The translations under genes and the position numbers were made by a program. From NCBI GenBank assembly GCA_947259195.1, contig CAMYLC010000155.1, positions 16,899-80,898 of the forward strand: DNA of 64,000 bases, in the 5' to 3' direction. Numbering within the stretch: the first letter of the stretch is position 1; each line of letters opens with the position of its first letter. Origin of the DNA: Thermoanaerobaculia bacterium (lineage in GTDB: Bacteria; Acidobacteriota; Thermoanaerobaculia; Multivoradales; JAHEKO01). This document shows positions 9,816 to 19,602 of the stretch, one piece after another. The notes below the pieces were generated by a model that saw only the letters and a list, made by a program, of their open reading frames with translations, made no database searches and had not been told where the DNA came from.

Positions 9816-10496
9816 TTACTCATTATCGGGGTCCACGATCTCGCAAGCCTGGTCGAAGCTCTTTCTCGAAATATCCGGTACCTGGGCATCGATTTCAGGG
9901 TACCCGACCACGAGAATCATGTAGGGCTTCTCATGAGGTGGATGGTCCAGAATCTCATTCAGGAAACGCATGGGTGCCGGGGTGTGAGTCAGGCTCGCGA
10001 GGCCGACGTGGTGCAGGGCCATGATCAACATTCCGGTAGCGATTCCTACCGACTCGTTGACGTAGTAATGCTTCACCTTGGTGCCATCGTCCTCGATTCC
10101 GTGGAGCTGAGCAAAGACGACGATCAGATAGGGAGCGGTTTCGAGGAAGGGCTTGCGAGCGTCGGTTCCCAGTGGGGCGAGGGCTTCCAACCATTCAGCC
10201 GGCGCCCGGCCCTCGTAGAAGCTGCGCTCCTCCTCTTCGGCGCCGAGCCGAATTCGCTGCTTGACTTTGCTGTCACCAACGAGCGCGAAGTGCCATGGCT
10301 GACGATTGGCTCCGCTGGGGGCCGTCATGGCAACGCGAATGCAATCCTCGACGACGTCGCGTGGCACCGGCCTCGAGGAAAATTGTCGAATCGACCGCCT
10401 GCGACGCATTTCACTCAGCAAGTCGGCCATTCTCTGCCGCATCTCCTCGATCGGATACTCTCGAAAGTCCTTTAGCGGTGCGAGTCGCGGTGGCAT
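9816..10496 (-). CDS. nitroreductase family flavoprotein (iodotyrosine-deiodinase-like subfamily)
   Basis: [13 protein letters not shown]...[12 protein letters not shown] motif. Start placed at ATG 10496 (MPPRLAPL...) because the 293-aa ORF's N-terminal extension overlaps the mscS-like gene. Confidence 0.8.
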   Translation of the reverse strand: MPPRLAPLKDFREYPIEEMRQRMADLLSEMRRRRSIRQFSSRPVPRDVVEDCIRVAMTAPSGANRQPWHFALVGDSKVKQRIRLGAEEEERSFYEGRAPAEWLEALAPLGTDARKPFLETAPYLIVVFAQLHGIEDDGTKVKHYYVNESVGIATGMLIMALHHVGLASLTHTPAPMRFLNEILDHPPHEKPYMILVVGYPEIDAQVPDISRKSFDQACEIVDPDNE

Positions 10497-10552
10497 CACG
10501 AGATCCTCTCGAGAATCGATTCTCTGGAATGGCTGTTCAATCCGCTCGTCGA

Positions 10553-11635
10553 TCAAGGGTCCGAGGCCGGTGGCTGGTGCAGGTAGACATCTCTCTTTGG
10601 ATAGGGGATCTCGATGCCCTCGACGCCGAAGCGCTGGTAGATCTCGATGATCAGGGCATCGATCACTCGCCCCCTGAGGACCGGCTCGTGAATCCACCCC
10701 AGGAGCTCGACGTTGAGACCCGAGTCCCCGAATGAGCGAAAACGCACTCTCGGCTCCGGATGGGCGTCGATCGAGCCGTTGGAGTGGGCCACCTCCATCA
10801 GAATCTCGCGTACCCGGTCGACATCGCTGCCATAGGCCACGGCGACGGGGACCCGAACGCGTTCCTTTTCAGAGGGGCCGCCACTCTCGTTGGTGATCTT
10901 GGCGTTGGCGATGACGGCGTTGGGCACCGTGACTTCGATGTCGTCCCTGGTCATAAGACGCGTGCTACGAAGGCCGATCTGTGAGACGCGACCCCGTTCC
11001 CCGCTGTCGAGCACGATGAAGTCCCCGACCTGGTAGGGGGCGTCTGCGACGATGAAGACCCCCGAGAACAGATTGGCAAGGGTGTCCTTCGCAGCGAAAC
11101 CGACCGCGATGCCGACGATTCCGGCGCCGGCCATCCAGGCGCCCACGTCGACACCCCAGATCAGGAACAGGAAGTAGACGGTGCCGCCAGCCACGAGGAT
11201 CTTCGTGACATTGTTGAACAGAGGCAAGGTTCTGGGTTGAACGGCGGCGAAGCGTTGCTCCATTTGACCGAACAGATCGAGAAGAATCGACGTGCCTTTG
11301 AAGGCGAAGCCCGCCCAGGCAAGCAAAACCAGGGTCTTCAGAGATCTCATCAGAAAGACGATGACACCCTCGCTTAGCGGGATCCGGTCCAGAGCGAGAG
11401 CGAGCCCGAAGAGCAGCACGCTCAAGAAAAGAGGCTTGTGCAGGTTCTCGACGAGACGGTCGTCGATGTCGGTGCGGCTCCTTTTCGCCCATCGTGCCAC
11501 CAGCCGGCTCACCACTAGATCCACCAACTTTGCCGCCAGCAAGGCGAAGACCACGATGACTGCGGCGTGCACGTAGAGATTGTCTCCAAAAACCTGGAGG
11601 AATTCGTTCAGAAGTGCTTGGCTGTCGGCTTGCAT
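10553..11635 (-). CDS. MscS family mechanosensitive ion channel
   Basis: TM helices followed by the MscS beta-domain signature [47 protein letters not shown]. Start placed at ATG 11635 (MQADSQALL...). The upstream Arg/Gly/Pro-rich extension looks non-coding. Confidence 0.85.
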   Translation of the reverse strand: MQADSQALLNEFLQVFGDNLYVHAAVIVVFALLAAKLVDLVVSRLVARWAKRSRTDIDDRLVENLHKPLFLSVLLFGLALALDRIPLSEGVIVFLMRSLKTLVLLAWAGFAFKGTSILLDLFGQMEQRFAAVQPRTLPLFNNVTKILVAGGTVYFLFLIWGVDVGAWMAGAGIVGIAVGFAAKDTLANLFSGVFIVADAPYQVGDFIVLDSGERGRVSQIGLRSTRLMTRDDIEVTVPNAVIANAKITNESGGPSEKERVRVPVAVAYGSDVDRVREILMEVAHSNGSIDAHPEPRVRFRSFGDSGLNVELLGWIHEPVLRGRVIDALIIEIYQRFGVEGIEIPYPKRDVYLHQPPASDP

Positions 11636-11679
11636 TATTGTCGGGCTCCCTGAGGATCGGGGCCAAGGATATCCCAGGC

Positions 11680-13029
11680 TCAGGACGAGTCGGCCGAGCC
11701 CGGCAGATGGTCTCGGCTCGCCGCGACCATCCGCCTTGCCACCGGGCCGACGAGCAGGACCAGCGCGACGAGATTGGGGATGGCCATGACGCCGTTGAGC
11801 AGGTCTGCCCAGGCCCATGTCGCTCGGGCACCAGCCAGACCGCCGCCCATGATGGCGACACAGTAGAGCAGGCGATAGGGTCCTCTGGCCCTGGGGCCGA
11901 GAAGATAGGCCGCGCACTGCTCTCCATAGAAGGCCCAGGTGATCAGTGTCGACAGGCCGAACAGTAGCGAGGCCGCCAGGACAACCGTGCCACCCATCTG
12001 ACCGAGTCCCTCGGCGAAGGCTCGAGCCGTGAGCGTCGTGGACTCGAGGCCGGAGCGCCAGGCTCCGCTGGCCAGAAGAACGAGGCCGGTGGCGCTGGAC
12101 ACCACCATGGTGTCGAGAAACACACCCAGCATGGCGATCCTGCCCTGGGCAACCGGATTGTTGGTCCTGGCCGAGGCATGAGCGATCGGCACCGAGCCGG
12201 TCCCTGCCTCGTTCGAATAGACTCCCCGGGCAACCCCGAATCGGAACGCCTGCCGGACGCTGGCGCCGAGGAAGCCGCCGCCGGCGGCGATCGGCGTGAA
12301 GGCGTGTTCAATCACCAACGCAAGAGAAGCTGCCAACTCCGAGCGAAAGGCCCAAAGCACTCCTATGGCTCCGACCAGATAGAGGAGTCCCATGAACGGC
12401 GAGAGGATCTCGGAGACCCGCGCGATGGAGCGAACGCCGCCGATCACCGCGGCCCCAGTGATGAGAGCCGCCAAAGCGCAAGTGAAGGTCGGGCTCCACC
12501 CCAACTCGCTGGCGGCCACAAGGGACATCGAATTGCTCTGCACTGTGGTGGTTGCGAGCAGGGTCTTCAAGGCCATGCCGATGGCAAAGAAGGTGGCTAC
12601 GCCAGGCCAGCCCAGGCCATCCTCCAGGTAGTACATGGGGCCACCCAGGAAGAGTCCGTCCTCTCCCTTTCGCCGGTAAACGATTCCCAGTACGGACTCG
12701 GCGAACATGGTTCCCATCCCCACGAGGCCGCTGATCCACATCCAGAAAAGAGCCCCCGGGCCACCCGAGGTGATGGCGGTGGCGACGCCGGCGATATTGC
12801 CGTTTCCGACGATTCCGCCAACGGCGGTCATCAGGGCGGCGTAGGGCGTGATATCGCCCGCAGAGGCATCTGCGGCAGGTGGCTGTATGAGGTCGCGTAG
12901 CGCTCCGCCGAACTGCCGAATCTGCACCGCGCGAAGACGAACCAAGAGGTAGATTCCGACTCCGAGGACGAGGCTCAGCATGGGGAGGCCCCACAGGAAG
13001 TCGCTGGCGCTTTGAATCCACTGACTCAT
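11680..13029 (-). CDS. alanine/glycine:cation symporter (AGCS family)
   Basis: 449-aa polytopic protein with AGCS-typical blocks ITPYAALMTAVGGIVGNGNIAGVATAI and GGPGALFWMWISGLVGM. Confidence 0.9.
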   Translation of the reverse strand: MSQWIQSASDFLWGLPMLSLVLGVGIYLLVRLRAVQIRQFGGALRDLIQPPAADASAGDITPYAALMTAVGGIVGNGNIAGVATAITSGGPGALFWMWISGLVGMGTMFAESVLGIVYRRKGEDGLFLGGPMYYLEDGLGWPGVATFFAIGMALKTLLATTTVQSNSMSLVAASELGWSPTFTCALAALITGAAVIGGVRSIARVSEILSPFMGLLYLVGAIGVLWAFRSELAASLALVIEHAFTPIAAGGGFLGASVRQAFRFGVARGVYSNEAGTGSVPIAHASARTNNPVAQGRIAMLGVFLDTMVVSSATGLVLLASGAWRSGLESTTLTARAFAEGLGQMGGTVVLAASLLFGLSTLITWAFYGEQCAAYLLGPRARGPYRLLYCVAIMGGGLAGARATWAWADLLNGVMAIPNLVALVLLVGPVARRMVAASRDHLPGSADSS

Positions 13030-13103
13030 TTCCGGTGCCGTCTCGACGCGGGGATCTTACCTGGAACGGTGTTGGTTCGAGTTGCCTCGAGACAGGCGCG
13101 TGT

Positions 13104-13132
13104 TTGCTGTGTAGGTTACCTGCCCTTACAAT
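13104..13132 (+). promoter_or_regulatory. candidate sigma70-type promoter for the M1 peptidase gene
   Basis: TTGCTG (13104-13109), a 17-nt spacer, then TACAAT (13127-13132). This would give a very short leader if ATG 13144 is the start. Confidence 0.3.
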
Positions 13133-13143
13133 GGCTCCGACAG

Positions 13144-15312
13144 ATGGGGACGTTCGATCCGGGGGCCCTTGTCGGGATGAGAATCCTTCGCCAAGCTTCG
13201 ACCGCACACCGACGGACGGCACTCCGACTCGCGTTTTGGATGTGCTTTGCCTGGCTGTGGCTGGTGCCCGGTCCGGTGACGGCTCAAGAGGTTGCGACGC
13301 CTGTTGAAGCAGAGGCGCCAGCTTCTCCTTCCGCTCGTAACGCGAACTACACCATAGCGGTACGTCTCGACACCGAAGCGAAGACCCTGGAGGGTCGACA
13401 GACCGTCGTCTGGCGCAATATCCAGTCCGCGGCAACCGATGAGCTCTGGTTTCATCTCTATTGGAACGGCTGGCGCAACAGCCGCAGCACCTGGATGCAG
13501 GAAGACCAGATTCGCGAAAGAAGCAGCCTCGATTCGGAACAGGAGGCCGAGGATTGGGGCTACCTGGAGGTGGACTCCGTGCGTTGGCCATCAACTGGGG
13601 ATATCGCAGGAGCGGCGCGCGACCTGGCAACGAGATTCGCCTCTCCCGACGATGGCAACCCGGAAGACCGTACCGTCATGGTGGTGTCACTGCCGACACC
13701 CGTCGAACCGGGCGAGTCCGTCACCGTGGAGCTCGCATGGCGGGCCAAGATCCCGCGGACGTTTGCCCGTACCGGTTTTCGAGGAAACTACTTCTTCATT
13801 GCCCACTGGTTCCCCAAGCTCGGTGTTTTCGAAGGTGGTGGCTGGAACTGCCACCAGTACCATTCGGGCACCGAGTACTTCTCTGACTATGGCGTCTACG
13901 ACGTGGCCATCACCCTGCCGAGCGAATACGTCCTGGGTGCTACCGGACTGCTGGTGGACTCGGTCGAGAATGAAGATGGCAGCGTCACACTCCGACATTT
14001 CCAGGAAGATGTCCATTCCTTTACCTGGACCACCAGCCCCGACTATCTGGTCCTGACCGATCGATTCGAGCACGAAGGGCTGCCGCCGGTGGATCTCCGT
14101 TTGTTGATCCAGCCGGAGCATCGCAGTCAGGCAGCGCGGCATTTCCACGCCACGAAGGCCGCTCTCCGCTACTACGGCACCTGGTATGGCCCGTACCCGT
14201 ATGGCCACGTCACCGTTGTCGATCCGGCGTATGGCAGCGGTGCCGGGGGTATGGAGTATCCGACCCTTTTCACCGCCGGTACCCGTTTGTTCAATCCGTT
14301 CGGGGGCGGCTCACCGGAAGGCGTGACGATACATGAGGCGGGCCATCAATTCTGGTACGCCCTGGTAGGGAACAACGAGTTCGAAGATGCTTGGCTCGAC
14401 GAGGGACTGAATACCTACTCGACGACTCGCACGTACGACCAGGCGTACCCGCCCGAGAAGCCGGTTCGCCGCTATTTCACTCCGCCAGGAACAGAGGGAC
14501 GGGGATTCTTCCCACTGTTGCTCGAGGGGTTCGGCTATCCGGGAGGCATCTTCGACGAACGGCTCGATGGCTATCGGGAGTTGGCGACCATCGATCGGCA
14601 GAGCACTCCCTCGTATCTCTACTATCCTTCTGCCGGTGGGGCTTTGAGCTACTCCAAAACAGCCCTCTGGCTGGCTACATTGGAACGCTACCTGGGCTGG
14701 GACGTTTTGCAGCCAGCCATGTCGAAGTTCTTCCACGAATGGCAGTACCGACATCCGAAGCCGAACGACTTCTTCGACACGCTCAGTGATGCTGCAGGGC
14801 AGGATCTCTCGTGGTTCTTCGAGCAGGTCTACCACAGCTCCGAGGAGTTCGACTACGCGGTGCTTTCTGTCTCCAGCGAGCCGGCAGCTGTCGAGGGTTG
14901 GGTGACGCAAGATGGTGAGCTGGTCCTGGCGGAGAGATCGGCGGAAGATGAGGACGAAGACGACACGGCTGCCGGGGAAGAGGACTCCGAGACTCTATAT
15001 CGTTCAGAGGTCGTGGTCCGCAGGTTCGGCGGCGGCGTCTTCCCAGTCGAGGTCCTCATGGTTTTCGAGGACGGAGAAGAAGTTCGCTTCCGTTGGGACG
15101 GTCGGGCTCGATGGAAGCGAATTGTCGTAGAGCAGACTTCGAAGTTGGCGCATGCGGTCGTCGACCCCGACAGGGTCCTCCTGCTCGATGTCCGTCCATC
15201 GAACAACAGCCGGGTGTTGGAGACTCCCGATCGTGGACCGGCTCGCAAGTGGACGGCGCGTTGGCTGGTCTGGCTGCAGGATCTGCTCACCTACTTCGCG
15301 TTCTTCGGATAG
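13144..15312 (+). CDS. M1 family (gluzincin) metallopeptidase, probably secreted
   Basis: HEAGHQFWY followed by E 18 residues later (WLDEGLNTY), giving HExxH-X18-E. Hydrophobic signal-like segment LAFWMCFAWLWLVPGPVTA. The start is uncertain (ATG 13144 or 13177). Confidence 0.85.
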   Translation: MGTFDPGALVGMRILRQASTAHRRTALRLAFWMCFAWLWLVPGPVTAQEVATPVEAEAPASPSARNANYTIAVRLDTEAKTLEGRQTVVWRNIQSAATDELWFHLYWNGWRNSRSTWMQEDQIRERSSLDSEQEAEDWGYLEVDSVRWPSTGDIAGAARDLATRFASPDDGNPEDRTVMVVSLPTPVEPGESVTVELAWRAKIPRTFARTGFRGNYFFIAHWFPKLGVFEGGGWNCHQYHSGTEYFSDYGVYDVAITLPSEYVLGATGLLVDSVENEDGSVTLRHFQEDVHSFTWTTSPDYLVLTDRFEHEGLPPVDLRLLIQPEHRSQAARHFHATKAALRYYGTWYGPYPYGHVTVVDPAYGSGAGGMEYPTLFTAGTRLFNPFGGGSPEGVTIHEAGHQFWYALVGNNEFEDAWLDEGLNTYSTTRTYDQAYPPEKPVRRYFTPPGTEGRGFFPLLLEGFGYPGGIFDERLDGYRELATIDRQSTPSYLYYPSAGGALSYSKTALWLATLERYLGWDVLQPAMSKFFHEWQYRHPKPNDFFDTLSDAAGQDLSWFFEQVYHSSEEFDYAVLSVSSEPAAVEGWVTQDGELVLAERSAEDEDEDDTAAGEEDSETLYRSEVVVRRFGGGVFPVEVLMVFEDGEEVRFRWDGRARWKRIVVEQTSKLAHAVVDPDRVLLLDVRPSNNSRVLETPDRGPARKWTARWLVWLQDLLTYFAFFG

Positions 15313-15325
15313 AGAGCGTCGTGCA

Positions 15326-16294
15326 ATGAACCTGTTCAAGGCCATCGGTGGCGGACTCGCACTGGGATTGAGGTCCTGGAGGATCGCCCTGTTGCTGTGG
15401 CTGATGGGACTGCTGTTCGCCCTCCCAGCTGCGGTCTTCATCGAGGAGGCTGTCCACGAGTTCATTGGATCGAGCCTGGCACACGAGACCCTACGCGGTC
15501 CGATGGATCTGGCCTGGTTGGAGGAGTTCTTGGACCAGGCCGGGGGGATGAGCTCGACCTTCGAACCTTCGAGGTTGAGTCCTGCAGCGGTGATCGACAA
15601 TCTCGAGCTCTGGTTTTCGGGTGACCTGTTCAAGGAGAACTCGGGGCTTGCAGCTCTCGGAATCCTCTTCGGACTTTTCTGGACTCTGATGAGCGGCGGC
15701 GTACTGGCGCAATTGACCGGGCCCGAGAATCACCAGGGCCTGGCGCCCTTCCTGGCGGCCTCGAGCCGCTACTTCTTCCGTTTCCTGCGCCTTGTCCTGG
15801 TCGCAGGCCTGGCCTACTACGGCATCTACCGGTTCAGCACTTGGCTGTTTCCACGCCTCGAGCAGGCAACCCGCGATGTGACAGTCGAAGGGACCGTCCT
15901 CGCCTACAACCTCATCGCCGCAGCGATTGTGGTGCTCCTTCTCATCTTGGTCAAGGTGGTCGTCGACTACGCCAAGATCGGCACGGTGATCGAAGAACGA
16001 CGCAGCATGAGCATTGCCGGGTGGCGCGCGGTTCAGCTCGTGGTGACCCATCCCATCCGCACACTGAGCGTATATTTCTCGATGGGCCTGCTGGGGCTTC
16101 TGCTGACGACGGTCTACTTCTTTCTGGCTCCAGGGGTCGCCGCCTCGGGTCTTGGTCCCATGGTCCTGGCGCTGGTGGTCGGCCAGCTGTATCTCCTGCT
16201 CCGCTGGATGGTTCGAATCAGTCTTCTGGGCGCGGAATCGATCGTCTTTCAGTCGATCCACGGCTACAGACGCCAGGGTGCTTCTCGCCTCTGA
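15326..16294 (+). CDS. polytopic membrane protein of unknown function
   Basis: ATG at 15326 (MNLFKAIGGGLALGL...), 14 nt after the M1 peptidase stop. Several long hydrophobic helices. No family motif recognised. Confidence 0.55.
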   Translation: MNLFKAIGGGLALGLRSWRIALLLWLMGLLFALPAAVFIEEAVHEFIGSSLAHETLRGPMDLAWLEEFLDQAGGMSSTFEPSRLSPAAVIDNLELWFSGDLFKENSGLAALGILFGLFWTLMSGGVLAQLTGPENHQGLAPFLAASSRYFFRFLRLVLVAGLAYYGIYRFSTWLFPRLEQATRDVTVEGTVLAYNLIAAAIVVLLLILVKVVVDYAKIGTVIEERRSMSIAGWRAVQLVVTHPIRTLSVYFSMGLLGLLLTTVYFFLAPGVAASGLGPMVLALVVGQLYLLLRWMVRISLLGAESIVFQSIHGYRRQGASRL

Positions 16295-16333
16295 CGGATC
16301 AGGGGACGACGCACTGCCAGTGGCAAGGGCCAC

Positions 16334-17380
16334 TCAAGGGATGAGAATCACCTTGGTGCATCGGTCGAGCTTCTCGGCGAAGGTCCGATAGGCCTCTACG
16401 CCATCCTCGAGCGGCAAGCGGTGGGAGATGAGGCTGTCGAGGGGATACCGTCCGGACCTCGCTATGGCCAGAGAGCGCTCCATGTAGTGGCGAGCCGAAC
16501 ACCGCCCCGTCTTGAAGGTCAAGTTCTTGTCGTAGGCCTCCATCGGCGTAAACGGGATATCACGTTCGGTGTGGACACCCGCTGCCATGATCGTTCCACC
16601 CGGGCGCACCAGGCTCATGGCGAGGTGCCCAGCCGCGGAGTTCCCAACCGCCTCGAGGACCGCGTCGACACCACGGCCGTGCGTCGCTTCGTGGACGATC
16701 GACGACGGCTCGACTTCGTGGAAATTGATCGGGATCGCGCCGAAGTCGGCTGCCAGATCTAGCCGTTCGGGAACCCAATCGACGGCAAAGATGGTCCGGG
16801 CACCGAGAGAGAGGGCGGCAGCTACGGCCATCAGACCTACCGGGCCACAACCGACGACACCCACCACGCTGCCAGTCCCGATGCCGGCCGACTCGGCCGA
16901 GAAGAGGCCCGTCGAGAGAACATCGCCGGCGAGGAGCGCCACCTCGGGCGGTAGATCCTCTGGCGCATGAACAAGAGTCGAGTCAGCGAGGGGTACCCGC
17001 ACGAACTCTGCCTGAGCGCCATGCAGGCCACGGCCTCCTTCCCGCCACCCGAACAGCTGTCCCATTTCGCAGCGGGCCGTCAAACCGGATTGGCAGTAGA
17101 AACAACTCCCGCAGCTGGTCGAGAACGGGCTGAGAACCCGATCGCCGATGCGAAATCGCTCCACCGCCGAGCCGATCTCGATGATCTCACCCATGAACTC
17201 GTGTCCAAGGACCGTTCCACGGTCGAGACCTCTCTCCCGACCGTGGTAGACGTGGAGATCGGATCCACAGATGGCGGTCATTCCAGTTCGAACGATCACA
17301 TCGCCGTCACCCGAAACGAGCGGGTCTGGTATGGACCGCAATCGAACTTGTTCGATGCCCTGGAAGGTCAGTGCTCGCAT
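16334..17380 (-). CDS. zinc-dependent medium-chain alcohol/formaldehyde dehydrogenase family protein
   Basis: MDR signature AICGSDLHVYHG plus structural-zinc cysteines (CGSCFYCQSGLTARC). Rossmann GVVGCGPVGL. Confidence 0.85.
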   Translation of the reverse strand: MRALTFQGIEQVRLRSIPDPLVSGDGDVIVRTGMTAICGSDLHVYHGRERGLDRGTVLGHEFMGEIIEIGSAVERFRIGDRVLSPFSTSCGSCFYCQSGLTARCEMGQLFGWREGGRGLHGAQAEFVRVPLADSTLVHAPEDLPPEVALLAGDVLSTGLFSAESAGIGTGSVVGVVGCGPVGLMAVAAALSLGARTIFAVDWVPERLDLAADFGAIPINFHEVEPSSIVHEATHGRGVDAVLEAVGNSAAGHLAMSLVRPGGTIMAAGVHTERDIPFTPMEAYDKNLTFKTGRCSARHYMERSLAIARSGRYPLDSLISHRLPLEDGVEAYRTFAEKLDRCTKVILIP

Positions 17381-17475
17381 GGTTCGAGGGGCCTCCTGGT
17401 TCTTGGAGGTCGATTCCCTACCTCCAGTGTGAGCCTATCGAGGTCGCCTTGCCAGGGGCGTCATGAACAATGTGG

Positions 17476-19332
17476 CTAGGGAGTGTCGGGGCTCTTCGGA
17501 GTGCCGGCGGACTTGCGCTTTCTGCCGCCTCGTCGAGATCGCCCTCTCCCGCCCCGTCGCCTCTTGCTCGAAGGGGCCTTTTCGCCCGTACTCTGGTCGG
17601 CGTCGCCGCTCGGCGGAGCAGCGGACGACGGGTTCGTCTCGGCCGGCGATGGCGCCGCCTTGCTCTTCGTCGAGGCGGCGTCCTGTCTGGTTGCCTTCTT
17701 CTCCGAGCTTTTGGATGGTCGTCTCCGGCGCCTTCTGGGGGTGGGCTTCTTGGTGCTCGAGCTCGAGTCTCTAGGCGAGGCGGCGTCCTCGATGCTCAAG
17801 GAAGCGCGCTCGGCTCCGGTGCCCGCACGGGGAGTCTTGGGAACGCGGATCTCGCCTTCCTTGGCCTCGATCCACTCGACCTCCTCCTCGGAGCGATGCA
17901 GGCGATTCGAGGCGATGAACTCCACTCGGCAGCTGAACTCGTCCTCCAGATTGGAGATCTCGCGACGTCGCTTGTTCTGAATCGAGTCGGCCAACTCAGG
18001 GTGCAGCGAGATCCTCACGGTGCCAGTGAAGCCAGCCGCGGCTCGCGCCTCGATCTTCCTCAAGATCTTGAGTCCGACCATTTCGGAGCTGGCAATGCGG
18101 CCGGTACCAACGCAGGTCGGACAAGCCCGATGCGTCCGCAGATGAAGGTCTTGCTGAATCCGTTGACGATTGATCTCGAGGAGCCCGTTCGGACTGATGC
18201 GTCCGACGGTAAACCGCGCCTTGTCACCCTTCATTGCATCGCGCAGGCCTTTTTCGACGGATCGTCGATTCTTCCAGGCCTGCATATCGATGAAATCGAC
18301 GACGATCAAGCCGCCGATATCTCGCAGTCGCAGCTGTCGCGCGACCTCGCCCGCGGCTTCGAGGTTGGTGTGGTGAGCGGTCTCCTCTTGACTGGCTGCT
18401 CGGGTCGATCTGCCCGAGTTGACATCAATGGCGACTAAAGCTTCGGTGCGATCGATGACGATGGAGCCGCCGCTCGACAAGGCGACCTGACGGTCGTAGA
18501 TCCTCTCGATCTGCGGCTCGAGCTCGAACCGGGCGAAAAGAGGAGTTCTCTCCGAGTAGCGCACCAACCGAGTCTTGCTCCTCGGCATGAAAGCCCGCAT
18601 GTACTGCTGGGTCTTGTCGTAGGCGGCTTCGTCGTCGATCAGGACCTCTTGGATCGAGGTATCGAGGTAGTCCCGAAGGGTTCGCAAAATGATGTCCTGA
18701 TCCCTGTACAGCAGCTGGAGCCCCTTGCCTCGTCTGGCCTCTTGACCGACGCTTTTCCAGAGTCGCAGCAGAGCGTTCATGTCACGGTTGAGCGCCGCCT
18801 TGTTCTGATCCAGGGCGTTGGTTCGCACAATGAGTCCGGCGCCAGACGGCCGATCCAGCTTGGCGACCTGCTCCTTGAGCCGCTTTCGGGTGTCTTCGTC
18901 TTCAACCTTCCTCGACACTCCCTGCTTGTCGTCGAAAGGCGTGAGAACCAGATACCGCCCGGCGAGGCTGAGGTTCGTGGTCAGAGCGGCGCCTTTGTTG
19001 CCCTCCGGCTCGCGGGTCACCTGCACAACGATGGGCTTGCCCTTTTCGAGGACCTCTTCGATGCGTGGGCGACCCGATTTTGCGGGCTCCCGGTAGTAGG
19101 CGGCGGGCACGACGTCCTGGACGGTCAGGAAGCCATGTCTTTCGGCGCCGTAGTCGATGAATGCGGCGTTCAGGCTTGGCTGAATCGAAGCGATGAGGCC
19201 GCGATAGATATTGCCGCGCGTGAGGTCTCGGTCGGCGACCTCGACCTGGTAGTTTTCGAGGACGTCCCCGTCCACAATAGCGATGCGCAGCTCCTCTGGA
19301 ACTCGCGCGTTGATCAGCATTCTGCGTGTCAC
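17476..19332 (-). CDS. rne: RNase E/G family endoribonuclease with a basic, low-complexity C-terminal tail
   Basis: The N-terminus (M)TRRMLINARVPEELRIAIVDG is collinear with E. coli RNase E MKRMLINAT..EELRVALVDG. S1 domain (GNIYRGLIASIQPSLNAAFIDYG). Start placed at GTG 19332 (ATG 19320 is the alternative). The track's 831-aa ORF extends far upstream without family similarity. Confidence 0.9.
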   Translation of the reverse strand: MTRRMLINARVPEELRIAIVDGDVLENYQVEVADRDLTRGNIYRGLIASIQPSLNAAFIDYGAERHGFLTVQDVVPAAYYREPAKSGRPRIEEVLEKGKPIVVQVTREPEGNKGAALTTNLSLAGRYLVLTPFDDKQGVSRKVEDEDTRKRLKEQVAKLDRPSGAGLIVRTNALDQNKAALNRDMNALLRLWKSVGQEARRGKGLQLLYRDQDIILRTLRDYLDTSIQEVLIDDEAAYDKTQQYMRAFMPRSKTRLVRYSERTPLFARFELEPQIERIYDRQVALSSGGSIVIDRTEALVAIDVNSGRSTRAASQEETAHHTNLEAAGEVARQLRLRDIGGLIVVDFIDMQAWKNRRSVEKGLRDAMKGDKARFTVGRISPNGLLEINRQRIQQDLHLRTHRACPTCVGTGRIASSEMVGLKILRKIEARAAAGFTGTVRISLHPELADSIQNKRRREISNLEDEFSCRVEFIASNRLHRSEEEVEWIEAKEGEIRVPKTPRAGTGAERASLSIEDAASPRDSSSSTKKPTPRRRRRRPSKSSEKKATRQDAASTKSKAAPSPAETNPSSAAPPSGDADQSTGEKAPSSKRRRGGRGRSRRGGRKRKSAGTPKSPDTP

Positions 19333-19602
19333 TACATCTCCGTTCTTTTGCTGTGTGAGCTTGTCAGGTCCGCGGATCACTGCCGCATCGAGAGTCCATG
19401 CAGGTTGAGATGCAAAGGGGGCAACGCGAGCTGCTCCGGCGGGTTGTGATCGCGGTTGTCGAGAGAAGAATGGGTGGGCCCTTTGCTGCTCCCCACCGCA
19501 AAATCGTGGAAAGTCTAGCAGATTCGTTGGATTGGCGACTCGTGCGCCAGTCGAATCTCGATTTCGGTCTGCCCCCCGGCGCGACCCGGCTTGGTAACAT
19601 AG

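Noticed and set aside
13030-13143. Possible glycine or amino-acid riboswitch in the leader of the alanine/glycine:cation symporter gene.
   Set aside because: The minus-strand leader is at most 114 nt. It lacks the conserved glycine-riboswitch core segments as I remember them (GGAGAG...ACCGAAGGGGCAA...), with only a chance CACCG.
10965-13630. Long minus-strand ORFs 10965-11927 (320 aa) and 12308-13630 (440 aa).
   Set aside because: They are out-of-frame overlaps of the MscS and AGCS genes and run into the divergent M1 peptidase gene. Their Arg/Pro/Gly-rich composition is typical of wrong-frame translation of GC-rich coding DNA.
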